Origin: Antedon mediterranea
Lineage: Eukaryota > Animalia > Echinodermata
Assembly: GCF_964355755.1 (NCBI RefSeq)
Contig: NC_092674.1
Coordinates: 14,508,001 to 14,572,000 of the forward strand
Length of the DNA stretch: 64,000 bases
Reading direction: 5' to 3'
The translations under genes and the position numbers were made by a program. Below are positions 28,610 to 42,462 of this stretch, piece by piece. The notes below the pieces were generated by a model. The model worked only from the letters and a program-made list of their open reading frames with translations. It did no database searches and had not been told where the DNA came from. Within the stretch, counting starts at the first letter, position 1; each line of letters begins with the position of its first letter.

Positions 28610-29135
28610 CTTTCACTCTATTGATTGGATTGGACAATTTGTAATTTGTGACCATCTCCGGGAGTATTTTACGACCAAAATACGTTTGCATAGCTTGGCA
28701 CTTGGAGGGGTTGAGTTGTAATTTGTTGGTCAAAAACCAATGATAAAGGGAATCAAGTCCATTTTGGAATTGACTTGGACTGCCCAACGCTCGGCTTTCT
28801 CCAAGTGTCAGATCTTCAACATACTTCCAGACCTGGATCTCCAGATTAGAGCCCAATGCGTCATTTTGTTAAAGCACAATAAATAACACACATAAAAATA
28901 ATGGGTGCGAGTATGGTCCCCTGTGGAACGCCTCCTGTAGAGATTACCCATTCTGAAAATTTATTTTTATACTTGACCCTTTGTTTCCTAACCGAAAGGA
29001 AATCCACGACCCATTGCATGATAGGAGGGAAACATCTATACTAGGCTTAAATGGGTGGCCATATAGTTAAGAAGTTAAATACAAGACTGTACTGCTTGAG
29101 GAAACTCGGTTCGTTTGGAGTAAAGCAGGATATTT
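28610..29135. pseudogene. Non-LTR retrotransposon RT fragment with an internal inversion
   Basis: Minus strand: GVPQGTILAP, KYVEDLTL, NKLQLNPSKCQAM. Plus strand from about 29060: HIVKKLNTRLYCLRKLGSFGV, the downstream thumb-region motif. Confidence 0.8.
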
Positions 29136-29630
29136 GTACTATATCGGAATTTACATATTTTGTCCAGAATAGAGAAGTTATGTGTACAAATAGAGAAACT
29201 GTCCAATATAGGGGAATCCGATTTGTCCAAAATGGGGAAATTTTTTCCAGAATAGAGAAATGATGTGTCCCAATTAGAGAAACTTTCCAATATAGAGAAA
29301 TTCAGATTTGTCCAAAATGGGAACATTTTCTCCAGAATTAGTAGGGGTGGGAGAGATACGGGAGCTCTAACAACCTCGTCAATGTCCTATGTCATGAACT
29401 TTCTTATCGTACTTGAGAAAGAAAGCCTCGCATAGACCTGACCTGATAACTGAAAATTTTCTGAGCTGTCTGCTGTCACAATTGATTTACATATATACAA
29501 TATTATTTTTAAAAACCGTTGCGTATTAAAGTTGGAATTTATTCTGGATAGAGCCTCCACTGATTGTGAGGGCGTTTGTTGTATGAGAGAATGTATCTGG
29601 TGGGTGAAAATCTGTGATAATATCATATAC

Positions 29631-29706
29631 GGCTTTGTGGTCTAGTGGTATGATACTCGCCCTGTTAGCGAGGTCACAGGTTCGAATCCCGCCAGAGACA
29701 TTTTTT
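29631..29706 (+). pseudogene. tRNA-like gene on a tRNA-Pro-like scaffold, probably a pseudogene or SINE head
   Basis: A box TGGTCTAGTGG, anticodon stem CTCGC/GCGAG, B box GGTTCGAATCC, T6 terminator; non-canonical loop CCTGTTA and mismatches in the T and acceptor stems. Confidence 0.7.
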
Positions 29707-29832
29707 AATTAATATAAAAAAAAATATGGAACTATATCACAGGCACAGAATAAATTCTAAACCGCCCGGTGATATACTGAAATTTAATTAATTAATTTGA
29801 AACGATAAAGATGAGGAAATCTGTGAGAATGA

Positions 29833-29906
29833 GAAAAGGTCGCCCCAACCGAGACTCGAACCGAGATTCCGGAACCTTCTGTTTGTTAACCATTAGACCA
29901 CTGGGC
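29833..29906 (-). pseudogene. Second degenerate tRNA-like sequence, convergent with the first
   Basis: Minus strand GCCCAG-TGGTCTAATGGT...GGTTCGAGTCTCGG-TTGGGGC, then TTTT; anticodon arm partly lost. Confidence 0.55.
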
Positions 29907-29974
29907 TTTTATGGTATTGTTCAAACTCGATTGGATAGCGACTCTTTCACATTCTCGGCGTGGTACGGCGGAAC

Positions 29975-31181
29975 GCGATTTTTTTTTTCGTACATAAGTT
30001 GGGGACCCCATCATGAAACGTCACAAAATAAACATGAATAATTCATCAGTTAAATTTTCTTGTTCCGTGTGCACCCAAGCGTATAGCAACAAGAAGTGAT
30101 TACACAAGTGCGGTACGATTCTAGGCCTATCTCCGCTGATTTCATAATAGAGAATAGCGGAGTTTTGTGTGGATTGTCGAAATAATCAGCCTTTAGTTTA
30201 TGGTGTTTTTAATATAGTTTATTACTAAAGAATTACGTGTTAAAATTATAGTTTCTATTGATACTATTAGGCCTAATTACTAGTCTCTAAACCCCTGTAT
30301 ATTCTAGTAGTAGTAGCTGTGTGGGTGTGTGTGACTTGTGTCTTTGGGCTATGTCCAATTACTACTTAGTTTAATGTTTTGCCTAGCTGTCGATTAGCCT
30401 CGACATATTTTGCATAGTGGACGTGTGTGTGAAGAAGAGTGCGCGAAGGCAATCACGTGAATTGACCTAGAATCCTAGGCCTATTATTGTAGAAAGAATC
30501 GTATCGCAGTTGTTGTTCCGTGTGCACCCAAGCGTTCTTGGACATAGCCCAAAGAAAGCTTAGACCCACAAGAATAAAGAATGTGTATAATTTGTGTACT
30601 GTATTTTTTTAATTCTGCTATCAATTATCAAACAATATGCAATGTACTCAAAGGAACTTTAAAAATGCGCGTATATGAACACATGAGATGGGAAGATTTG
30701 ACCCACGAGAATAAAAAATGTATTTTTGTGTAATGTTTATTGTTTAATTTTGCTGACTTATTACTCGGATTGTGTCATACCAAAGATAGTTACACTATCT
30801 TTGGTCATACCTAACACACACACACGTCACACACATCCACACAGCTACTACTAGAATAGACATGGGTTTAGAGACTAATAATTAGGCCTAATAGTATTAA
30901 TAGAAACTATAATTTTAACACGTAATTCTTTAGTAATAAATTATATTAAAAACACCATAAACTAAAGGCCGATTATTTCGACAATCCACACAAAACGCCG
31001 CTATTCTTCAACAGCGGAGATAGGCCTAGAATCGTACCGCGTCCGCACTTGTGTAATCACTTCTTGTTGCTATACGCTTGGGTGCACACGGAACAAGAAA
31101 ATTTAACTGATGAATTATTCATGTTTATTTTGTGACGTTTCATGAGGGGGTCCCCAACTTATGTACGAAAAAAAAAATCGC
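29975..31181. mobile_element. Non-autonomous Mutator/MULE-type element (1207 bp)
   Basis: Terminal inverted repeats of about 360 bp starting gcgattttttttcgtacataagttgggg; exact 9-bp TSD cggcggaac at 29966-29974 and 31182-31190. Confidence 0.9.
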
Positions 31182-31332
31182 CGGCGGAACAGCACTAGTC
31201 CCTCAATTGTACGCACGCGCACCAGAGATCAAATTGATACGCCCTTATCTTTCAGTATTTTATTCACGAAGCGGGGTCTCAGAAGAGATACATATCACAG
31301 GCACAAAATAAATGGGACGATACATCTGTAAC

Positions 31333-33560
31333 ATTCATTTATTTCATTTTCATATATTTATTCGATATCAGAAATGTCTTGTGACCCCAAATGCAACAAA
31401 GTCACCATAACATCATATGTCTGGGGCCCCAGAAGAATTATTTATCAATATACAAAATACATTTAAAAACATATAAAACTGGTAAACTTAAATGATTTCA
31501 AACTGGATTCGAATTAAGAATCAATAAAATGTTGTTTTAACTGCCTGAGGAAAACAAACAAAAGAGAGGACAGACGAGTCTTTAAGAGAGGAAGGAAGGG
31601 AAGACCAAAGGGAAACGGTGGATAGGATTTGAGAGAGTTTGTACGAGCATAGAGATGTTTAAAAGTGAGGGAGTCAGAATAACGAGAATTGATTACGATA
31701 TGATCAGTGACACAAATACAAAAACTAATATATACAGACATCGAAAGACAAACGAGAGTATACGCCTGGTGGCACGCCGCTGGGTTTGTTCAAGTCCATC
31801 AGAGTGCTTGGCGTAAACTGGTCCCCATGCTGGTAGACCATACTCAATAATGGGTAATACCATGGTTTTTTTAAGACAGGAGATTGCCCCAAGAGAACTG
31901 TCACCAGCATGGGAGAGAATAACACCAAGCATCCTACTCGACTTTGACATAACCTGAGAAATGTGAGCATCCCATGAAATCGTATTATCTAGATGCACAC
32001 CTAAGTACTTGTGGCTGGGAACAGCTTGAAGTACATCACCATTAAGAAAAAAGGTAGGCTGAATAAAACTATACGTTTCCTGGGTATGTACATAATCTTT
32101 GTTTTGGTGGTCTTAAAAATCATTTAATTAAGAGATGCTTAATGTATTGATATCAGTGTGGAAATCATTGATATCATTATTGCACAAAATATGCAGAAGT
32201 ACATAATCAGCAAATAAAACACATGGAGAAAAAATATTTAAACTAATATCATTTACAAAAAGCTTAAAAGGCACAGGGCCGATACAACGCCCTTGATGCA
32301 GCTGGGAGGGATAAAGAAATTTCACCATTAAAACATACATGTTGATATCTATTAGTTTAAAAAGATGAAATTCAATTCCAGACAGCACCTTGTATATTAA
32401 AATTAATTGCTTATGTAATAAAATATCATGGGGCATTTTTGTCAAATAGTTTGTTCATGTCAAGAAATATTATTTATATTATTATTATTATTACTATTAC
32501 ACCAGGGTTACGTTGGTCGAGAAAACGAGACCATTCGTACGTAGCATTTGTTAGCTGAGTAAGGCAAGATAAAAGGGAGTTAACATGTAGAAATGCATTT
32601 AAATTATTCGCAATTATCCTTTCAAGTACAAACTATAGAGGTGAAGGCAACAGGACGATAATTGTTCAAATGTGACTTATCGCCTGACTTATGTACAGGG
32701 GTAATATTTGCTATTTTCCATTCAGTAGATAGCTCTCCTGACGCTAGTGACTTGCGAAAAAGTAGCAAAAGCGGAATGGATATTGCACTAGATATTGGTT
32801 TGAGAAGTGTTGGTGTTATTTTATCAGGATCAGGTGCTGAATTTGATTTAGGGTTACAAATTGCCATATCCACATCGGTGGGTGCTAAGTCGATGTCAGA
32901 GAGAGCTGGTACTGGCAGGGTACATTTAAACGCATGATGGACTTAGCTGGTAAATGAACGAAAAGCATCGATTTCAAACTCAACAGCCATGATCACTTTC
33001 TAAAGGATTTTCGACAACAATTGCGTAGATTATAAGCATTGTTGGTGAACAGAAGATCAATGATAGAGCCATCGTTGGCATTTAATTGAGGTCGTGTAGT
33101 TTCCTGAACAAGTTGATCCATATCAGTGGTCAGATGATGTGGAGCAGATGGCCAGTCAATATTAAAACCTCTAATTATGATTACTCCACTGTAATTGCTG
33201 AAATCAGTCTGACAAATGACTCCACGAAGGAAGTCCAATATAAAATCAGAGATGAAGGAGGCATATAGACCAAACCGAGAAGCCATGATGGGTGATCTTG
33301 TGTGATACTAACCCACACCATTTCGATGACAGGATCAGTAGCAACCAGGCTCGGATTTAGGTCTGGTTCTATATGCCACCACCTAAGCTGTGATGATTTC
33401 TGTCTTTCCGAAAGATTTCATATTAGACTTGCAAAATGGAGCATACTTAAATCATCAGAGTTCTGCATCCATGTTTCAGTAAGGCAGATGATATCGACAC
33501 TGGATGGTTTCGAATTACAAAACACGGCCAGGTCCAGTGATCTATTGCTAATATTCGGAA
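31333..33560 (-). mobile_element. Degraded CR1/L2-group LINE with ORF2 (APE endonuclease plus RT) and 3' UTR
   Basis: Frameshifted motifs in order: IICLTETW and IIDLLFTN (endonuclease), PDPDKI...EWKIANITPVHKSGDKSHLNNYRPV, LFVNDI...LFADY, KYLGVHLDNTISWDAHI; then AATAAA and a (TGAAA)-like tail. Confidence 0.9.
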
Positions 33561-34178
33561 ATTCGACAACATACAAGATTGATTTATTTTGTCATATAAA
33601 GTTGTTTTTTTTTTATATATGTCTACACTTTAAACGGCTTCACAACAATAACTTCTACAATCTAAATCTAACATCTTACAAACTCCAATTTTTCTATCAG
33701 GGAAAAGTGAAATTACACGGAAAACCTTACATCAAATGTCACAAACCACCGTAACTTCGATTACATAATCAACGGATGTGCACTCAAGAAGTAATTGCTT
33801 TGCGCATGCCCATACATTTTTGCAACGTGTTGGTCGCTACACTGGTGTAATTTCACTCCCTCTGGTTCTACATCCATATATATATAATGATCATTCCTTA
33901 TACTTATTATTCAATGTACTACTATTTATATAAATAGTATAGACTACTTCTAGAATATTGCTCTTGTACATTGTTCCTTGGAGTAATTCTTTCTTTTTTT
34001 TTTTTTTTTCTTTAGAGAAAATAGGACGTTAAAGAACATGATATTTAGAATTTGTAGCTAAATAAAGTGTGCCAACTTCCTCGGACTCTACTGTTATGTG
34101 TACATTTATCATAATTCAAATATCAAACAATTAGACGTCAACATTATCCGTCAATATTTTAAGTTACAAGGTCACACG

Positions 34179-34909
34179 TTTTTAGTCGCGTGGAAGCGAC
34201 TCTATAGTTCACTATGTCGGTCGGTCGGTTGGTCTGTCGGTCTGTCGGTCTGTCGGTCCGGTATCACTATGCGTTTTATCGCTTTCTGACCTTATCTTGA
34301 TATCAGTTTATTCTAGCTAAGTCAATTTTTCACAGTATATTCCTTATGGACAGGAATCGATGTGGTTATGTTTTCACGGTGCGCAATAAAAAATTACGCG
34401 GTCTACGCATGATTTAACGAAATCACGTTTGTAATCATATCTTCACAACCATGAATCACAATTAAATAAAATTTGGTACTCATAAATTTCAGGGCATAAA
34501 TCATCATATGGCAATACAATTACGTGCGTAGCGCATGTAACGCATGCGTACGCGCACTTAAAATTTTCAAAATTTATTTTCGACGAAATAAGAGTACGTT
34601 TCAGGCAATTTTAAGCGTTTACAAAATTGCCATGAGTGCGCAGATTTTTGCGCGCGCACTGTGCGTTAAATGTTGTTGCGCACTCTTTTTGCCCGATTTC
34701 TGTTTTCTTGACTTACTTTTCAACTCGAAATTACGTTATACGAGCACGTCAAAAGTGACAGGCTACGCACGTGTAAATTAAAAAAATATAACTGTTTTTA
34801 AACATTTCAACATTTTTAAACATGTTCAGTAATTTCGGTCAGTTGGTAGGTTGGTCGGTCGGTCGGTAAACACTAAGCACGCAACTGCAGCCATCTATAT
34901 GGCCTTGTT
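34179..34909 (+). mobile_element. HINE/DINE-1-like Helentron-associated element
   Basis: T-rich insertion site, 5' tagtcgcgtg inverted with 3' cacgc(a/g)act, (GTCG/GTCT)n microsatellite, 3' gccat..atggc stem; near-identical to 58220-58920. Confidence 0.85.
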
Positions 34910-35369
34910 ATATTCTAGGTTTACAATATTTGCTCAAATAGATCTACGTCATTCCGACTTTTTTTCCATTTTTTTTTCATCACATAATTATAGGCCTACG
35001 TGAAATAATGTTGAGTTCCTGAATCAATGTTCAGCAATATCTTGCTAGATTTGATTTGTAAGAAATTACTGCGGATATTCCGTACATTGAGAACACTGGT
35101 TAAATCGGAAATAATTACGGGTGGGAAAGTGACTTAATTGTTATATGATGCATTAGTAGGATTTAAATAAATTCATTAAGCTAGGATTATATTTGATGAA
35201 TTATAATGTATTCATATATTCATTTAGAATTATTTTCTATGGTAAAACAATAAGTTGTAATGGTCCGACACGATTAAATCAAAAGACTGATTTGATGATT
35301 GATTATAGAAATATATGTCTATGATTTATTTGAACAATAAATGAGATGTCCCTACCCCTACCTGTATCC

Positions 35370-36056
35370 GGACAACTACCCCCTGGAAAATTACCGCCCG
35401 GACAACTACCACCCGGACAACTACCCGCCTGGGACAACTACCACCCGGACAACTACCCGCCTGGGACAACTACCACCCGGACAATTACCCCTAGGACAAC
35501 TACAGTACCCTCTAGAACAACCACCCCTAGGACAACTACCCTTACAACAACACCTCTGAACAATTTTTTTTAAACCTAACAATATTAATTAGTTGATTAC
35601 ATTAGACGATTTGAAAATCAACCGCTATATATTTATTACAACATAGATTACAAATGTTAGTCGATATAAGACCGGTAGAATATGTTAATAATTTTACGTC
35701 AAATATTGAAAAATGTATAGTGTACGGTACATGGCCTATATGTAGTGCCCTCCTTGCACACAATTTGATTTCAATTGGCACCAAAAGAAGCAGCTTGTTA
35801 ATTTGTTACCAATCTTAGTCGCCCAGAGGATAATTGTCCCAAGCTATCGTTATCCTAAGGAGTAGTTGTCTTAAAGGGTAGTTGTCCTAGAGGGTAGTAA
35901 TATTACTGTAGAGTGAGTGGTCCTAGGGGGTAATAGTCCTAGGGGTAGTTGTCCTAGGGAGTAGTTGTCCTAGGAGGGTAATTGTGTGTGGGGGGTAGTT
36001 GTCCTAGAAGGGTGATTGTCCGGGTGGTATTTGTACAGGTGGTAGTTGTCCTAGAC
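35370..36056. mobile_element. Non-autonomous DNA element with inverted arrays of about 15-bp subterminal repeats
   Basis: (ggacaactaccmcc..)n at 35370-35545 and the reverse complement (ggtagttgtcctag)n at 35830-36056. Confidence 0.8.
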
Positions 36057-36859
36057 CCATTTCTACTAATATAGTCTAATAACTATTTTTCATCAATCTC
36101 ATTTGAAACACATACTCGCGGCTGAGGCTAAGATGTAAAGAAGTAGTATAGTGTTTTTTCATATATATTAATTGTTGCTTGAAGGATAAATATACTTAAA
36201 TCTCCTGAAATAGGCCTAAGTAATAAGTGTATAGTCGCAAATCATTGTGCGCTTTAGTATTTTTTAAATAAATATTGCACGGTGTTAAATAATGTAAGAT
36301 AAACAACAAATTAATGTAGTTGCTTTAATAACAAAAATAAAGTGACTACTCACTCGTTATCCGAGGCAATTATTGCATACACGGATAACATTCTTGGTCA
36401 GAATCCATACTGTGGCGCGGCGGTTCAGCACAGGAAAATCTCTATCTACATGCCTCTCGTGAATAAATCCATAAACCTTTTATACGGTGTTTATATTAGT
36501 GAGAAGTTACACACACACAAATAAACACTACCGAAACCTGAACATTCCTTTTATAAACAACTAACTTCAGGTACTATTTTTAAATCCATACTAAAAAAAT
36601 AAAAACTATAATAATTATACGCAGAGGCAAAGAGCTGTGTTGTACAATTTGCGTAACGTACCATATTTTTAGTGGCTCCGCCTCAAACGTAGTTTTCCTA
36701 TTCCGACTCTAACTAGGTAGGTATAAGCATAATGGGCGAATTTGATATAATTTTCAAGTTTTTTCATACAACTTCGTTTTGTGGGTGTTTTTTTTTTCTT
36801 AAATTACCATACGTTTTGTATATTTAGCTTTCAGATTTTTTCATGGGGGAAATTCAATT

Positions 36860-36953
36860 TTTTTTTTCGCTGTACAACTAAAAATAGTCAAAAACACATG
36901 TTTGAAAAGATAGACATGTTTATGACTATTTTTAGTTGTACAGCGAAAAAAAA
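36860..36953. repeat. Hairpin with perfect arms of about 30 bp
   Basis: tttttttcgctgtacaactaaaaatagtca ... tgactatttttagttgtacagcgaaaaaaa. Confidence 0.9.
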
Positions 36954-39256
36954 GAACAAAAATTAAAGTTTGAAATAAGCGCTAAGTATCGCAGGGAAAA
37001 TAAACGAAAATGTGTAGGGCCTGAGTAGGCCTAGATGAAAGTGATGTCATCTAAGCATTATGCCGGTCAGTGATAGTTAACATCCTTTGATTTTAGGATA
37101 TTATCAATATTTTAGATTGTACAAGGTAATAACAGAAATCAATACATCGAAATTATAGACAGAAATTAAACATCGAAGAATACTAGACTAGTGAACTTTC
37201 CGGTACGATTACCAAAGTACAATAAAGGACGTCAGAAGAAGGTTAAATGCGTTCGATAGTGCCTGCTGAATTATGTTCCAATTTTAAACCTTAAACAAAA
37301 ATATGATCCTCTAATCAGAGAACAGGAACATCAATTATCTCTGAATACGGTATTGTGCGGGGTATGTTCAATTCGATTGTGATGATTTAACTGCTCATTT
37401 ATCTCGAGTCTTCCTGTTTTAGCGGATATTCGATGTTTTCCAAGGTCACCTAATGGCAATTCGTTTGCACTCAACGTTATTTTTTTAAACATAAAAAGAG
37501 TGCAGTATGACCATGATGCATGGCCCTTGGTGTGCTACAGAACGGACTTGATCTTACGAGTAAGTACCTAATTAACCATTCTCTAACCACTGCAAAATGC
37601 ATGCTAGTCACGTATCCAGCTAACAGTCAAAACCGTTGTCGGAGAATCGATGATGTACCCCTTTTTTGTAAGACTAAGGAGGATGAAAAGCACCCTAACA
37701 TTCTTAATCGAGCACTGAGTCTGAGGTAAACACATTAGGCCTACAGTATTTGACTTTGTTTAACACAATTTAACATTTGGTAAGATAGGCATACTATTTC
37801 ATTTAAGAAGTACACTAAAATCCAACTGTCAAATAACCTGTACCTAAACATGTATTTGTTATATCATAGTTTTGGTATCCTAGTATAATTCATAAATTTG
37901 GAAATCGATTCGGTTTTATCACGGAGATCCATAACTGTATTACAGTACATGATTAATCATAATATTATTTGTAATTATTCGACAAAATATTTGAAGTAAA
38001 CATAACTGATTTATGATCAACCATTAAAATAGATTCACTTTATTTAAGTCCTATCATTTATTTGCTTTTGCAAGATCCTCTGTATACATTTCTACTTAAT
38101 TTTTGTGAGTGTGTATTGTAATTATTATAACAATAATGAGTATGAACTGATAATAACGGCATAGCGCCATCTTATAGGTATATAATTTATATTTCTATTT
38201 TTATTTGTATTAAATAAATTATTCTATCGATTTACTTTATTATTAGCCAAACTGTTGATTTGTCTCAAATTGATGTTCATGTTGATGTTCTGCTGCTTCT
38301 CTAAGTAAACAAAGTATTTATTTTTTTAAAGAGTTAATCTGTGGGGGTATAGCCTTTACAGTTTACACGTACAGTGGTCACCAGACCATAACGCCAGTCA
38401 CGAGTCAGATTGACAACGACAGCATGCTTGTTGTATATTTCATTGGTTTTCTTTTCCTCATTTACAACGTCCACTTTAGCCTATGTAGTAAACCCCTTAA
38501 CAGGAGTGGTGAAACATATTTCCACTCGTTCAGTTCATTTTCAGGGAAAGTGTGTCCACTTTAATAGGGGTGTATGCCTACTAAAGTTCTATTCAAGTTG
38601 TTAGCAATCTAAGTAATTGTATCACGTACACGTGCTGTGTATTTATAAAATTACCAATACGTTAATTAGACTAATTGTGTATTCAAAAGTTTTATTTTTT
38701 AGTTCTGTTGATTTTTTTTTTTTTTAATACTAACATTATTGTTTTCATCGTTTGAAATTAAAGCAAGCCATCAAGATTATTAAAACTGATAACACAAATC
38801 ACAGCATCCTGCGGTTTCAAATTGTGTTTATAAGTGGCAAATATTTTCACTGTGGTGTGATATTAAAAAAACAAGGAAATAATAGGTTGTTGTAATTGTT
38901 TATTTGGTATCTCAGACATTTTATAAGTTGTAACAATATAAACCTATACTGTATTATTAGAAATATCATGACATCACTAGTTTCAGTTCTATTGTTTGAG
39001 CTTAGTCTAACGAAAAAGACCGAATGGAATTGTTTCTCCTTTGTGCGCGATACAGTGACCAATTTCATTCTTTATATACAATGTAGGCTAACTTTTAAAT
39101 AATAAAAAACATACATGATACTGTACATGCATTTTAATATGTCATATTCTACATACCAGTATGAGATATAATTGTTATTAGGCCTATTACATTTTTTATA
39201 TAGTTATTTATGAAAGCATTTATGGTGTTATGTATGTCTGTATATCATGACAAAAA

Positions 39257-39417
39257 GCTTAGGACTGATTGGACGACGTTTAAGACAACAGGGTGTGGGG
39301 CTTCTCAATCAAATGCACGGCCACGACTAACACCAAGGCTTAGGACTGATTGGACGACGTTTAAGACGGCAGGGTGCAGGACTTTCAATCACATGCACGG
39401 CCACGACTAACACCAAG
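39257..39417. repeat. 81-bp tandem duplication
   Basis: gcttaggactgattggacgacgtttaagac...gcacggccacgactaacaccaag, two diverged copies. Confidence 0.9.
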
Positions 39418-41425
39418 TTAAATTATTCCAGTGAATGTCAGTGAATGGAATTATTTTTATTTTAATAGTTTTTCTTCTCTATAATACTGTTCTGCTCTAA
39501 ACTATAGGAATTATTCTACTCTTTAATTAAAGCATTATACTCTGTTATGATCGTGTAAAATACAAAGCGTACCGTAAGTTTCCAGCAAATGCTCATAGGA
39601 TCATATACAAATTGCAACTAAATGAATTATTCTTATGAAACAACGTCTCGACACTGTATGATTATATTTTCGCTGTTTTTGAATGCCCATATTATATGGA
39701 ACATATAGTAGCCTACTGTAATCTTAACCGCATTTAATACAGTATTTTCAAACTTCGCCGTCAAAAAAGTGGTGAAAACCAGATAATTTAATATTAGATT
39801 TCAATTTGTAGAGAACGGAAGTAGACTGTATTGTTGGGAAACACGATGAAAACTAATTCGTTCAAATTAAGTCTAGGTTTATCGTTCAGCACCGGAAATA
39901 TCACCTTGATATAAATAATTTTCCATGAAAAAAAAATTGAGTTCGATGACATTAAAGGAGCAAAGACGCAATGGGAAACATATTTACATTTAATCATTAA
40001 AGGTAAAAGTAATTTCTCAAGGATATATGGAATTGGTTTTTTCTATTTAAGGCGTGGGAATTACAATTTTTATCAAATGAAAATTTAGAAAATGATCGAA
40101 ACACATAATCTGTGTATCTACATCTGTGAATTCAATTTTTCCTACTGTATCTCAACATAAATGTGGCATTATCTGTCCAGTGTCATAGGCAAACTCTTGT
40201 TATCGATCGCATCACATGTGACGCCTGTATTATGCTTATGTTAGGGCCTCGTGTGGGTTAGAACTATGATACACCTGATACTGAGCGACCTTTATGCAAC
40301 ATACATGCTCATGAATGCTTTTATTATTGCTTTTTCTTTTATATCTTTGTTTATTTTCGTAAATGCTGTTGTTAACCATACCTTGATGTTAAGATGAATG
40401 TTAATAAATTTGAATTTGGATACAGACTACACATGTTATACACACACTGTATTAATGCCTAAGATAAGCTATAGACATATAGACAAATTATACATACAGT
40501 ATTGACTCATTGGCTTTCTAGTTCCAGCTCTAAATATTATATATATTAGCCCACATCTTGAATTTTCAGAAAAAGAATTGAAAACTTTAAACAGTGAAAT
40601 TGCGGATGTAAATACATAAGATATTAGGTTAATAATTGCAATACACTCAACTCATTGTTTACAATGTTGTCTTGATATGTTTTAAATTCAGGTGTAATTA
40701 TAGAGTAAGTCATAACAATGCAATAATGTATAATTTATTTATTCTGTGAAACTGGTAATTACCACATTTAGAAATGTTCATTCAATACGTTTATCATTGG
40801 AAATCACAAAGAGAAATGTGTAGCAAGTTGCACTTTCTCATTACAGAATTGATCAATCCTAATGATGTACTGTTAACTTAGTTTATGCACTCATCAGTCA
40901 TAGAAATTGCTACTTCATTCAGATAAAAGTTACCGTTCCTTTGTCAACACTCTTTTTCAAGTGCTTATCGTTAATAATTTCCTTTTATAATTCCGTTTTA
41001 TTTGTGAACACTAAATTCAATTTAATCATCATGACCGGCGTCATCATCAGTATTACTACACAGTACACTCTCCAAGATGACTCCGTGAATCTGTGCTTTC
41101 TTAATTTCAAAATCTTCATTTTCTCTTTGTACCTGTGCATAGTTTATTTACAGTACCTATCAGGGCGATTATTTTCCATAATTCTGTCATTTGTTTGTTT
41201 TCATACGCTAGTATTTCTAAATAGTTTGATATTTATCATGATTTTTTCCTTTTTAATTAAGCTATCCACTATAAGTCTAACGCCAACTTGTCGGTAATGT
41301 CTATCTATTGTCGCCTTGCAATCCTTAAGTCCAAGGTCAAAGTCAAATAAATAGGATATTTAGATTAATTGTACAATTAAAATTTGGGTCACACACAAGA
41401 AAGACAAATTCAGATAAATTGTTTT

Positions 41426-41841
41426 CACACATGAGCATACTAATCTATCTTTACGGTACGTACGGTAACTAATACTGTAGAAAGATAATGGATATGATTG
41501 GTTACACTATAACCTAATTTGTATCTAATACTATCATTATTTACCGTTACATTTTTATTTTAAGAAGACGATCAACGTCATTTTTATTTCAAGAAGACAA
41601 TCAACGTCATTTTTAATGTTTTAAACATGATTGCACACATGAGCATACTAATCTATCTTTACGGTACGTACGGTAACTAATACTGTAGAAAGATAATGGA
41701 TATGATTGGTTACACTATAACCTAATTTGTATCTAATAATATCATTATTTACCGTTATATTTTTATTTTAAGAAGACGATCAACGTCATTTTTATTTCAA
41801 GAAGACGATCAACGTCATTTTTAATGTTTTAAACATGATTG
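41426..41841. repeat. 208-bp tandem duplication, near identical
   Basis: cacacatgagcatactaatc starts at 41426 and 41634; each copy holds an internal duplication of about 30 bp. Confidence 0.93.
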
Positions 41842-42144
41842 TATCCCTTGGCCTGTACATTCCAGCCTTGACCTTTAATCACTCGTGCTAATCTCTTTAA
41901 TATAATAACAATCCTGAACGTGAACGAATAATCATCACTTATCAGTCTTTTCGTCTTTAAATTCGATTTATAAATTCTAATTGTCGTGCCGTAGTCTTTA
42001 TTTATAGCTCAATTCCATTTCATTATGTATTTTTACCTCTGTTTTAGATTACCTTGTTACGTCTATCGTGTCAAATAAAGTTAGTTAATACTTACTGTAT
42101 ACAAACACCATCAATGTACGGTATAATACTCAATTTTTAAAATA

Positions 42145-42462
42145 GATTGAATTGAAATATATATTTATACTGGGTAACCTCTTCAGTCAAAGACTGGTCT
42201 CCCAGAGGGCCCAGTTGGTGATCAGTGGCTGTGATGTACTAATACACCGGGGTAACCCCCTACTCGTCTAGAAAGATGTACTAGGTTCTTTAAAGTGCAC
42301 ACGAGCAAGTTGTGTACACTGGACCTACGGTTTATAGTCCTTATCCGAGAAGACTCGTTCTACCACCAGAACCATGGAGTGAGTGAGCCTCGAACCTCTG
42401 CCGATGTTATGGCTACGTGATTACGGTTCCACTGTCTTAACCGCTCGGCCACTCACCCACCC
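42145..42462 (-). mobile_element. Full-length tRNA-derived SINE with Deu/Nin core
   Basis: A box TGGCCGAGCGG and B box GGTTCGAG; core cggataaggactataaaccgtaggtcc...gcactttaaagaacc...gagtagggggttaccccgg resembles the Deu domain (recall); short ttcaa tail. Confidence 0.85.

Noticed and set aside
29631-29699. Functional tRNA-Thr(TGT)
   Set aside because: C at position 33, pyrimidine at 37, two T-stem mismatches and an acceptor-stem mismatch.
35341-35573. ORFs with GQLPP or DNYPP repeats as collagen or structural protein
   Set aside because: They translate 15-bp subterminal repeats that are mirrored in inverse at 35830-36056; the period is five residues, not Gly-X-Y.
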